A stretch of 25,482 nt of DNA from Elusimicrobiota bacterium (GTDB lineage: Bacteria; Elusimicrobiota; Elusimicrobia; UBA1565). How positions within the stretch are numbered: position 1 is the first letter of the stretch; the number at the start of each line of letters is the position of its first letter. The stretch covers positions 1-25,482 of the forward strand of contig JBDREN010000038.1 of the NCBI GenBank assembly GCA_043819795.1. Reading direction: 5' to 3'. This document shows positions 8,401-20,400 of this stretch, piece by piece. Under the pieces are notes generated by a model, which was given only the letters and a program-made list of their open reading frames with translations, had not been told where the DNA came from and made no database searches. The position numbers were made by a program, and so were the translations under genes.

Positions 8401-11400
8401 TCGGCGCAGCCGATGCCGTCGCAGAGGCAGTCGTCCAAGGCCTTGTTCGTCTCGTCGGGCGGGGTATCCCCGCAGTAGAAGGGCACCGAGGGCGGAGTGT
8501 GGCCCCACACGCCGCCTCCGCCTCCGCCGCTCCCGCCGCCCCCTCCTCCTCCTCCTCCTCCCCTATGGACGACCCGTCCCGGGCTGGAGCTGCCGCAGCT
8601 CGTCCCGGCCGTGAAGCCGACGCCCGGGGCGTTGGCGGACACGGGCACGCCGAAAGCGCACAGGTAGTAGTAGATGATCCGGATGGCGGCGTTGTGGCAG
8701 GACGCGGATACCAGGTTTACCTTGACCGGCACGACCACGGACTCCTGCGCCTTGAGCTCCGCGATGTGGGTGAAGGCCGGCTCGAGCTGGATGGCCCCGT
8801 CCGACTGGAAGCCGGAGAGGTCCACGTCGAAGGCCGAGACCAACCCCTTGTTGGTGATGGTGAACTGCACGTACGAGGTCTGCCCTCCCTCCTGGTAGAG
8901 CTCGAAGGACGTGGGCGTGACCTCGATGACGGGCGCGGGCACGTCGGTCTTGAAGGTGGCGTTGAGGGTGATGACGTATTCGTCCACGATGGTCGTCGGA
9001 GTGACGCTCCACTCGTAGGTCACGGTGGCCGTCCGGAGCAGGGACACCACGGTCTGCGTCAGCCCGGGCTCCACGCGCTGGATCCCGGAGTCGGGAAGGA
9101 ATCCCGAAGACTGGGCGTTCCAGGAGTAGTCCCCGGCCGGGATGTCCTCGAAGCGGGCGACGCCGTTGAGGTCCGCGGTGGCGCGGAAGGTGAGGCCCGA
9201 GATGTCGTTGCTGTTGAGGACGACCAATGCGTTGGGCACCCCCACTCCCTGGCCCGTCACGGGATCCTTGGGCTTGTCGGCGTTGATCACGTTGAAGGTC
9301 AGGCTGCCCTCGCGGCTCGTCGTGATGGTGATCCCGGCGTTGATGTAGATGGTCGGAACGTTGTCGGACCGGACCTCCAGCAGGGGCTGGCGGATGGTCT
9401 GGCTGGGGAGCCCGGCCGGGGGCGCGAAGCGCAGCCCGAAGACGGAGGTGCCGTTCGGAGAGATGTCGCCCAGGTCGCTCTGGCTCTGGAGCTCGACGAA
9501 GTCCACGGTGGGCAGCGTGAGCCGCACGTTCCTCCAGTCGTCGAAGCCTGTGTTCTGCAGGGTGATGCTCTGCTCGCGCGTCTCTCCGGCGAGCATCCCG
9601 ATCTCGAGCGATTGCGGCGCGGCCTTCCCGTAGGCCAGGGCCTGGCTTACCTCGAAGATGACCGGCATGGTCCGCTCGAAGCCGTTCTGCTCCCGGACCA
9701 CGAGGTCGATCTGCGAAGTGCCCACCGGGGCCGAGGGATCGGCGTGCGCGTCGATGGAAAGGCTAGTGCGCGCGCCGGCCAGCAGGGTGTCCGGCAGGCT
9801 GTCCGGGTCCAGCGTCACGCTCAGCGTGGGCGTGGAGCCGTGGACCTCGCTCGTCAGGCCCTGCAGGGGCGTCTCGCTGTCGTTGATGAGGTCCGCGTGG
9901 AACCGGTAGGTGGAGTTCTGGGCGAGGCGCACGGTGTAATGGGTGTACTGCAGCCCGAAGTCGATCACGGAGAAGGTGTCCTGCGCGGCGTAGGTCACCA
10001 CCTCGGGATGCGAGGCGGAGACGCTGTAGACGCCGGGCTGAGGCGGCACGAACTGGACGCTGTAGACGCCTTGGGAATCGGTGAAGGCGTCGAAATGGAG
10101 CTCGAATCCGCGCGCCTGGGCGTGCACCTTGACCTTGGCGGCCGGCCGCGGCTGGCCGGAGGCGTCGCGCGCCGTCCCGGTGACCGTCGCCGCCTCGCCT
10201 CGCTCGTAGACGTCCTTGTCCGCGGAGGCGTCCGCCGTGTAGGGCGGGGCGGTGACCGCGGCCTGGCTCTGGGTGCTCTCGAAGCTCCGCGTGCCGGCCA
10301 CGGGGTTGAATGGCAGGCTGTGGGCGACCTCGGCGACCTTGGCCTTGACGAGCAGGCTGTCCTCGGCCGTGTCGGGAACCAGGACCGAGACGGGATCGAG
10401 CAGGACGCTGGAGCCCGCCGGGACGGTGACGAAGAACACCTGCTGGCCTCCGACGATGGCTCCCTGGGCCCCGTTCCCGGCCTGCAGGATCTCTCCCTGG
10501 GAAACGACCAGCCCCTGCGGGGTCAGAAGCTCCACGATCACGTCCGGCACGGATACGGGGGAGCCTCCGGACATCCTCGCGGTCTTGATGTCGAGCGGGG
10601 CCGAGCCCCGGTTGTTGAATTTGACTTTCACCTTGGCCTGGGTCTCCCGCACCAGGGGCTCGGGGAAGAGCTCGATTATCGTTCCTTGGGGCGACCGGGC
10701 CGCGACGGCGAACCTGCGGGAGAGCCGCGCGGAGGTCCCCGGCTCGGTCGGGAGCGTCAGCGTGGCCTGGAGCTGTCCGGAGGCGGGCAGGTCCGGTGCC
10801 GAAGCGACCGTCCCGCTCATCACGGCCGACTGGCCGGCCTGGATGTACGCCGCGGAGACCGCGCGGCTGAACGGCTCATGTCCGGAGAACACGGTCCTGA
10901 GCTCCAGGGGGCCGAAGCTGCGCCCCTGGCCGCCCAGGTTCGTCACCTGCATGCGGACGGTGTCGAAGAACCCGCGGGTCAGGGCCTGCTGGCCGCCCGA
11001 AGACACTCCGTAGGCGGCGAGTTCCAAAGACACCGGCGGGATTGTGATCCCGGCCCTGGCCCCGACCTGGCCCAGAGTGTCGAGGGCCTCCACCTCGAAA
11101 AGATGCGCCGCGCCGCCCGTGTAGGCGTTGTCCTGGTAGCTCGCCTGCGGCACCAGGCTGGGGCTGATCCGCATCCCGTCGCGGTACACCCGATAGCCCA
11201 CGATGTCCGTGTCCGCCGCGGACCATGTGAGCGACGCCACGCCGCCTTCGATCGAAACGTCGAGAGCGGTCGGCGCCCGGGGGCTCAGGTCGAGCGAGAA
11301 GGAGAACGTCCGAAGAGTGATGTTGCCCGCCTTGTCGGTGGCCCTGGCCCCCAGTGTGTAGCTGCCGTCGAGGCCGATGAGCTCCCCGGAGTCGTAGGGC

Positions 11401-14400
11401 TCCGAGGCCCCCGACGTGTTCTCCAGCAAGGTGTAGGTGGTGGCGTCGAGGTGCAGGTCCGAGGGGAGGATCTCGATGGCCACGGGGTCGTTGCTCGTGG
11501 AGCCCTCCGCGATCCCGCTGATCTGGATCTCGGGGGGCGTCTTGTCCAAGGTGAAGCGGATCTGCTCCTCGGCGGAGTGGCCTTCCACGTCCTGGGCGCT
11601 GACCGCCAGGATGTGCTCGCCCTCGGCGCTCACCGGAGTGCCCGACTCGAAGGCCGCGCCGTCGAGCAGGCCCTGCACGCTCGCCGGGTCCAGGTTCGCG
11701 TCCGTGACGGTGAAGAGGGGGGAGACGTCCGCCTTGAAGAAGGCGCCGTCCTGTATGGAGAAGGCTATGACGGGCGCGGCCTTGTCGTAGAGGACGCCCT
11801 CCGAGCTGTTGGAGGGATCGCTCTCGTTGTCGAGCGTGTCCAGCGCGGTGACCGCGTAGTAGAACACTCCGTCGCTCGTCGGAATGTCGAAGAGCGCGCG
11901 CAGGCCCTGCCCGTCGGGCGCCGTGGCGAACTGCCCGACGAGGACGGGCGTAAGGCCGGCGATAGACGCTATGGGGCTCAAAGCCCTGTAGATGTTGAAG
12001 CTCTCCGAGTCCGGGTAGGACCGGAAGCTCAGCCTGACCCGCGTGGCCCCGGGCAGAGAGGTGTCCAGCTGCGCGGTGAGGTCAGAGGGCGCGTCGGGCG
12101 GCGTGGAGTCGGCCGCCGCGGGGACCACGGCGCTCTTGGTCTGGTTGCCGGCCGCGTCCACCGACGCGACCTCGTAGTCGTGCGGCCCGTCCGACGGGAT
12201 GTCCGCGAAGGAGCCGCTGCCGTCGGGGCTGGGCGCCACGGCCGGGGAGAGCTGCTCCCCGTCCCGGAAGACCCGGTAGGTCGCGGGCAGCTCCCCGGCG
12301 TCGGGCCGGCTCCAGGAGAGCTGGATCACCCCGCCCTGCTGGGCGATGGCCCTCACGAAGGTGGGCGGCCCCGGAGCGATGGTGTCGATGATGAAGGACG
12401 TGATGCCTCCCGACAGGGTCGCGCTGAGGTTGCCCAGGGCGTCCTCAGCGGAGTAGGTGAAGGCGGCCTCGCCGTCCCCCGTGGTCTCGTCAATCGCCAC
12501 GGACGCGGTCCAGTCCTGGTTGTCCGGCCCCGCGGCCGAGAGAGCGACCGGCACGGCCGGCTTTCCGGTGGGGGTGAAGGATAAGGCCGGGGTGTCCGCC
12601 GCGGGCTCATCCAGACGCAGGGTGAGGGGGTAGTTCCCCGTCGGGACGATGGCGGGGAAGGTGACGGAGCCTGACGGGCCCCGGGTGTCCAGGACCACGG
12701 TCCGGCCCGAGGTCAGCGTGCTCCCGTTGTTGCCCACGAAGTCGCGGCCCGAGAAGCCGAAGGTCGCGGTCCCGGAGTTCATCGCGGCGGTGACGGTGAG
12801 CGTGCCCACCCAGACCGTGCCGGTCTCGGGATCGAGCTGGATGGTCGCCGGCCCCTGCCCCTGGGGCGTCAGGGTCAATACCGGCGGCAGGGCCAGGAAC
12901 TCGGAGAAGGTCACCTCCAGCGGATGATCCCCGGGCCCGAGCGGCGGCACGGACTGCGTGAGCCTCAGGCTGGCGCTCGGCGAGACCCGGTCCGATACGC
13001 CCGCGGCGATGTTCGACAAGCCGCTGACGTTGGCCGCCGCGTCCTGCGAGATCGTGCCGTAGAAGAAGAGCCCGTCGTGAGGGGGGGTGTCGGTGTGGCC
13101 GGCGCCGCTTCCTTGATAGATGAGCGCGGACGGCGGGGGAGCCTCGCCCTCCGCCAGGTCGGTCTCCAGGTTGCTCCGGTAGAGCTTGTATGAGGTCGGA
13201 GTCTCGCCCTGCGGAGCGTCCCAGCTGACCTGGATGCGCCCGCCGCTCTGCGAGGCGGCCGTGACCTGGGCGGGCGGGCCCGGAGGCCCGGTGTCCAGCG
13301 TGCCGTTGACCGGGGCGGAAGGCTGGCTCGTGCCCTTCGAGTCGAACGTACGCGCCGTCAGGGTGACGGCCCCCTCCACCCCCAGGAGCACGTTTTGGAT
13401 CAGGAACGACCCGTTGGCCGGCACCGCGGCGGTCTCGGCCAGATAGCCGTTCACGTAGACGCTGACGCTGTTGCTCGGCTCGGCCGTGCCGGAGACGTCT
13501 ATCCCGGGCGTGGCGGTGAGGAACCCCTCCTGCGGGACCTCGATGACCGGGGCGGGCGGGGGATTGTAGCTGATGGTTACGGGGATGGTCGTCTCGCCGG
13601 AGTTGCCGAAGCCGTCGAGCGCCCGGGCCGTCAGGGTATGCGCGCCGTCGGGGTAGTCCCTGATATCGAAGGAGAACTCGTAAGGCGGGCTCGTGTCCGT
13701 ACCCGCGACCTCCCCGTCGACGAGGAAGTCCACTCGTACGATGCCCTGGGAGTCCGAGGCCGTCACGCTCGCGGCGTAGGGCCGAGACAGGACCGCCGCC
13801 GCCTCCGGGGCGGTGATCGCCACCTCGGGCGGCGCCGGGTCGTAGAGCACGCTGTTGGACACCGCCGAGAGGTTCCCCAGCTCGTCCTGCGAGCGGATCG
13901 CCAGGTAGGCGACCTCCGCCGGCAGGTCCGTGACGGTGTGGCTCTCCTCCGCGCCGGGCTCGGAGGGCGACGGCGCGGCGTGGGACACGGCCTCGTCCCA
14001 GTTCTCGTCGTCGAGCGGCTCGGAGTGGGACTTGAGGACGTATCCCGCCACCGAGCCCAGAGCGTCGGAGGGGGCCGTCCACGCCAGGTCCGCCTCGCCG
14101 TCCGCCGGCCTCTGCTCCGCGACCGCGAGGTCCCCGATGCGCGCTGGGCCCGACTTGTCGATGGTGAACGCGATCGAGGCCGTGGCCGCGTTGCCGGCCG
14201 CGTCGGTGGCGGTCAGAATGACGGTCCTCTCGCCGTCGTCCGTGAAGGTGAAGGGAGGGGCGTCGTGGCCCTGGTCGTCTCGGACCGAGATCGACTCCTC
14301 GGGGGTGAGGTCGTCGGACACGGTGTACTCGATAATCAGGTCGGTGTTGGCGGCGGCGCCCGCCTCCGGGGCGGTGATCGCCAGAGTCGGGGGATGCGTG

Positions 14401-17400
14401 TCCGTGATGACCGTGAACTCCTCCGACGCCGCCTGGTTGCCGAAGGCGTCTATGGAGACGGCCCTGAGGTAGTAGGTCGTGTGCGGGTCCAGGCCTTCGA
14501 CGGCTGTCAGAAGCTCCCGGCTCAGCTGCTCGATATCCTGGGGGTCGACCTCCGCGGGAGTGGTGGAGGTGTAGAGCCCCGGCTCGGTCCCCACCGCGAC
14601 TTGGCCGGTGGTGAGCTCGCTGGAGTCCCAGGACACGTCGATGCGCGTCTCGTCCTCGGACAGCGCGGCGCTCACGTTGGAGAGCTCCGGAGGCGTCAGG
14701 TCGGGCACGAACACCGCCAGGTCGGCCGGGACGGAGGCGTTGCCCGCCGCGTCGACGGCCTGGAGGCGGTACTCATAGGTCTCGCCGAGCGCCAGGCCCT
14801 GCGTGTCGTGGTAGGCGAGGGTCGGCGTGTCCGCGATGACCGAGAAGCCGGCGCCGCCCTCATAGACCCGGCGCGAGATCCGGTAGAGCGCCGTGCCCGA
14901 GGGATCCGGCCCTTCCGCGTCCGCGGAGGCGTCCCACGCCAGCTCCACCCGCCGCTCCTCCACCAGCGTCGTCCGCGGGTTCCCGGGCGCGGCCGGGGCC
15001 CGCAGATCGATGTGGAAGGTCGCGGACTTGGCATCCTCCTGGTTGCCGAGTTGGTCCACCGCGAAGTAGGACAGGACGTGGGTCCCCTCCGGCACCCCGG
15101 GCTGGGCGGACGCCCCTGTGGTGGTGGTTTCGGGGCCTTCGTCCACGCTGAAGCGGACCTCCCCGGCTCCGACACCCGGGCCGTCCGCCGCGCTCAACGT
15201 AAGGGTCGGCATCGGGGACTTATACCACCCGTTCGTCCCGTTGGGCCCGAGCCCCAGCGACGTGACGGGAGGCGTGTTGTCCACTTGCACGGTGACCGTC
15301 GGGCTCGCGCCCACGTTGCCCACCGAGTCGCGCGCCTGCAGATAGACCTCATGCGGGCCGTCGGCGTAGAGCGGCGCTCCCCCGGCGTCCTGGGCCAGCG
15401 TGTCCCACTCGAAGGAGAACGCGGGCGGTTCGGCCGCCCCTTGCCCCGCGCCGTCGATGAAGAACTCCGTGCCGTTGATGCCGCCCTCGTCCGCCGCGGT
15501 CCCGCTGACCGTGACCAGGCCGGCGACGAAGGCGTTCTCGGCGTGCGAGGTGATCTGCGCCACCGGGACCGAGATGTCCGCGAGCATGATGCTCGGGTTG
15601 TCGAACGACTCGACGAGCGCGCTGCCGTAGTACTGGGCTCCGCCGAAGAGCTCCACCTTGAAGTCGCCCAGGGTGTCCAGGAAATCGATCGCTCCGCCGG
15701 AGTTGTTCTTGGTCAGGTCCACGTTCGTCATGATCGCGCGGCCGTCGAGCTCCAGGCTGAAGGTCTTGTTCTCGAAGTCCAGGGCCACGTGCATCCTCTG
15801 GAAGTCGGCGTCGGGATCGGTCGCGGTCGCGATGGGAACGGCCAAGTCCGTCGTCTTGAGGGTATGCAGGGGCGATCCCGAGGCGCCCTTGCCGTAGAGC
15901 CCCAATCTCGTCCTGATGGGCCCGTTGTCGTTGGTCCGGCCCAGGTCCAGGCGGAGGTGGCGGTCGTCCGGGGAGCGGAAGGTGCCGTGACGGTTCGACT
16001 CCGGAGAGTGGAAGAACAGGCCGGGGGCGTCGCCGTTGCCGTCCGATTTCGTGCCCGGCTTCCAGTCCAGGTCCAGGTGGTAGACGCCCTGCTGGCCGAA
16101 CTGGCTCTTGGAGTAGACCAGGGCGCTCCGCCACGGGCAGCAGGAGGGGTAGTCCGTCCTGAGGTTCAAGACGCCTCCGGCGACCTGGGCCGAGGCGGGA
16201 CCGGAGACGATGGCCTCCCAATTGTCCGCGTCCAGCGCGAACCCGTTAAAATCATCCTCGAGGACGGTCAATAGGGGGCCCGTGACCGTGAACAGCCAAT
16301 CCCGGCTGCTCTGATCGTACCCGCTGGTCACGCTCAGGCTCCCGGCTCCCGCGGGCGCGCCGGGGGGCAGGACCGCGGTGACCGACGTGTCGCTCCAGCT
16401 CGTCACCGACAGGACCTGCGCGCCGAGGCTGACTCCGCCGGTCCCCCGGGTGTCGCCGAATCCGACGCCGGCGATCTCGACCTCGGTGCCGGGAGGGCCG
16501 AAGTTCGGGCGGACGGACCGGAGCTGCGGAGGGCCCTCCAGGAGCACGTTGTCGAAGGACTCGGTCAGCCCGCTACCGTAATACTGCGCCCCTCCGTAGA
16601 GCTCCACCTGCAGCTTACCGATGCTGCCGAGGAGGTCGATGGCCGTCCCGTCGCTGGCGCGGGTGAGGTCCACGTCGGTCATCATCGCCTGGCCGTCCAG
16701 GTCCACGCTGAGGGTCTTGTTCGCGAAGTCCAGGGCGATGTGAATCTGGTGCACCGTGGCGTCCGGGCTCGGGTCGGTGGCCAGGAGCAGGCCGATGGGG
16801 ACCTTCTTTACCAGATAGGGCGCTGATGCGGCGGGTCCCCTCCCGTAGAGTCCCAGCTCCGTGCGGAACGCGCCGTTGTCGCTATCCTTTCCCAGGTCCA
16901 GGCGGATGAACCTTTCCTGCGAAAAGTACTGGCTTCCCTCGCGGCTCGCGGCCAATGTTCGGAGATAGATGCCCGGGACCCGGCCGTTGCCGTCCGCCTT
17001 CGTGCCCGGCTTCCAGTCTAAATTCAGATGGTACAGGCCTTCCTTGTCGAACTGGGCCACCGAGTACGCGGCCACCCCTCGCCATGGGCAGCAGGAGGGG
17101 TAGTCCGTCCGGAGCCGCAATGAGCCGCCCGTCACCTCGACCCTGCCGTTTCCTGAGTTGGACGCCGTCCGCCATTTGCCCGCGTCCAGCGAGACCGCCT
17201 GGAAGTCGTCCGTGAGCAGGACCGCGAGGACCGGCGTGACCGTGAACCGGAGCCCCCCGACCTCGGGCCCGATGTCCGCCTTCATGACGACGCCCGCGGT
17301 GCCGAAGGAGGTCCCCTGCGGGACGCGGACCCGCACCGCGTCGTCGCTCCAGCTCAAGACGGTGAGGTCATTGCCGCCGAGCCGCACGTAGCCTCCCAGG

Positions 17401-20400
17401 CGGTTGTCGCCGAAGCCGCTGCCCCTCAGCGTCACCTCGGTGCCCGGCGCGCCGCTTCCCCGGCTCAGGGCGTGGAACTGGGGAGGGCCTTCGACGGTCA
17501 CGTTGTCGAAGGTCTCGATCAGCCCGCTGCCGTAATACTGGGCCCCGCCGTAGAGCTCGAGCTGGAGCATCCCGATGCTGTCGAGGAAGTCGACGCCGGC
17601 CCCGGTGCTGTCGCGAGTCAGGTCCACGTCCGTCATCATGGCTTGGCCGTCGAGGTCCAAGCTGAAGGTCTTGTCCGCGAGATTCAGGGTGATGTGGATC
17701 TGGTGGACCGTCGCGTCCGGGTGGGGGTCGGTGGCCAGGAGCAAACCGATGGGGACCTTCTTCAGTAGGTGGGGCGCCGATCCGGCGGGTCCCCTGCCGT
17801 AGAGTCCCAGCTCCGTGCGGAACGCGCCGTTGTCGTTGTCCTTGCCCAGGTCCAGCCGGATGTACCTTTCCAGCGGGAAGTGCTGGCTTCCCTCGCGGCT
17901 CGCGGCCACCGTCCTGAAATAGATCCCCGGGACGCGGCCGTTGCCGTCCGCCTTCTTGCCCGGCTTCCAGTTCAGGTTCACATGGTAGACGCCTTCTTTG
18001 CGGAACTGGGCCACCGAGTACGCGGCCGCTCCCCGCCACGGGCAGCAAGAAGAGTAGTCCGTCCGGATCCTTAGTAAGCCGCTCCCCACCTCGATCCTGC
18101 CGTTGCCCGAGTTGGAGGTCGCCCGCCATTTGTCGGTGTCCAGCGCGCCCGCCTGGAAGTCGTCGCTCAGCAGGAGAGGCAAGGTCTCCGTCACCGTGAA
18201 CCGGAAGCCGCCGACCTCGGGACCACGCTCGGCCTTGAGGACCACGGCCTGAGTCCCCAAAGGAGACCCCTCCGGAATCCGGACGGTCACCTCCCCGTCG
18301 CTCCAGCTCATGACGGGGATATCGTTGCCGCCGAGACGGACGTAGCCGCTTCCCTGGCTGGCGCCGAAGCCGCTGCCCGTCAGGGTCAGCTCGGTGCCGG
18401 ACGGTCCGCTTCCCCGGCTCAGGGCGTGGAACTGAGGCGGGCCTTCGAAGGTCACGTTGTCGAATTTTTCGATGAGCCCCGACCCGTAGACCTGGGCCCC
18501 GCCGAAGAACTCCACCTGGAACTTGCCGATGCTGTCCAAGAAGTCCACGCCGGCCCCGCCGCTGTCGCGGGTCAGGTCCACTCCGGCCATGATGGGCCGG
18601 CCGTCGAGGTCCAGGCTGAAGGTCTTGTCCGCGAAGTCCAGGGCGATGTGGACCTGATGGACGGTCGCGTTCGGGCTCGGCTCCGTGGGCAAGAGCAGGC
18701 TCATGGGGACGCGCTCGAGCAGATGCGCGGTCGTTCCGGACGGCCCTTTGCCGTGGAGGCTCAGCTCCGTGCGGAACGCCCCGTTGTCGTTGTCCTTGCC
18801 CAGGTCCAGACGGATGTACCTTTCCTGCGGATAGTGCTGGCTTCCATCGCGGCTCGCCGCCACCGTCCGGAAATAGACGCCCGGGATGCGGCCGTTGACG
18901 TCCGACTTTGTGCCCGGCTTCCAGTTGAAGTTCAGGTGGTAGACGCCCTCCCGGCGGAACTGGGCCACCGAGTAGGCGGCCGCTCCCCGCCACGGGCAGC
19001 AAGAAGAGTAGTCCGTCCTGATCTTCAAGAAGCCGTCCGCCACCTCCACTCGGGCGTTTCCTGAGTTGCTTGTGCTCCGCCACTTGTCCGGGTGCAGCGT
19101 GCCCATCTCGAAGTCGTCTATGAGCAATAGGGGCAGGGTCTCCGTCACCGTGAACTGGAAGCCGCCGAGTTCGGGGCCGAGCTCCGCTTTCAATGCTATG
19201 TCCTGCGGTCCCAAGGGGGTGCCCTCAGGAATGCGGACGACGATGGAGTCGTCGGCCCATCCGACGACGAGGAGGTCGTTGCCGCCGAGACGGACGTAGC
19301 CGCTTCCCTGGCCGGCGCCGAAACCGTTGCCCATCAAGGTCAGCTCGGTGCTCGAAGGGCCGCTGCCCCTGCTCAATGCCAGCAGCTGGGGAGGCCCCTC
19401 CAGCCGGACGTTGTCGAAGGTCTCGATCAAGCCCGACCCGTAGAGCTGGGAGCCGCCGTAGAGCTCCACCTGGAACTCGCCGAGGCTGTCCAGGAAGTCG
19501 ATGGGGTTCCCGCCGCTGTCGCTCATGAGGGGCACATCGCTCATGACCGGCTGTCCGTCGAGGTCGAGGCTGAAGGACTTGCTCGCGAAATCCAGGGTGA
19601 TATGGAGGCGGTGGGATGTCGCGTTGGAGCTCGGAGCCGCGAGAATGGGGGTGGTGAGGACCTCCTGCTTGATGAGGTGCTCCATGGCGCCGTAGGGTCC
19701 CTTGCCGCGAAGGGTGAGCTCCGTCCTAGTCGAGCCGGTGTTCGAGTTGCTCCCGAGGTCCAGCCGGACGTACCTCTCGTCGGGGGAGTGATAGGCCCCG
19801 TGCCGGGTCGTGTCCACCGAACGGAAGAAGATTCCCGGGATCTGGCCGTTGCCGTCCGATTTCGTGCCCGGCAGCCAGTCCAGGCTGAGGTGGTAGACTC
19901 CCTGGCCGCCGAAGCGGGAGACCGAGTACGCCCCCACTCCCCGCCATGGGCAGCAAGAGGAGTAGTCCGTCCGGAGCTTCAGGACGCCGTCCGCCACCTC
20001 GGCCCGGCCCTGGCCCGAGTTGGACGCGATCCGCCATTGGGCGCCGTCGAGGCTCGCCGCCTCGAATTCGTCGATCAGCAGCAGGGGCAGCGGCTCGGTG
20101 ACCGTGAACCGCACGGAGAAGCTCTCTTGGCCGGACCCGGTCAGGACCACGAGGTCCCGCGCCCCGGCGGAGGTCCCGGCGGGGACCGCTGCGACGATCT
20201 CGGTGTCGCTCCAGCGGGTCACGGTCAGGGCCGTGCGCGGGACCGCGGGGTCGGCGCTCTCCAGGGATACCGAGCCGCTTCCCTGGACTTCCCCGAAGCC
20301 GGCGCCCGCCAGCGTCAGCTCGGCGCCGACCGGCCCGTTGCCCGGCTCCAGGGAGTGGATCTGAGGGGGACCGGCCAGGGACACGTTGTCGAACGACTCC

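Noticed and set aside
5424..10250. Classification as a bacterial teneurin-like protein
   Set aside because: It shares a YD shell, a Cys-rich region and a toxin-like tip, but I see no NHL beta-propeller upstream of the shell. The DUF6531-like start is more typical of ordinary RHS proteins.
5643..12584. 2313-aa plus-strand ORF (also 13395-16274 and 19602-22235)
   Set aside because: In-register antisense shadows of the giant gene. Antisense stops need TTA, CTA or TCA sense codons, which are rare in high-GC genes. The translations show no recognisable domains.
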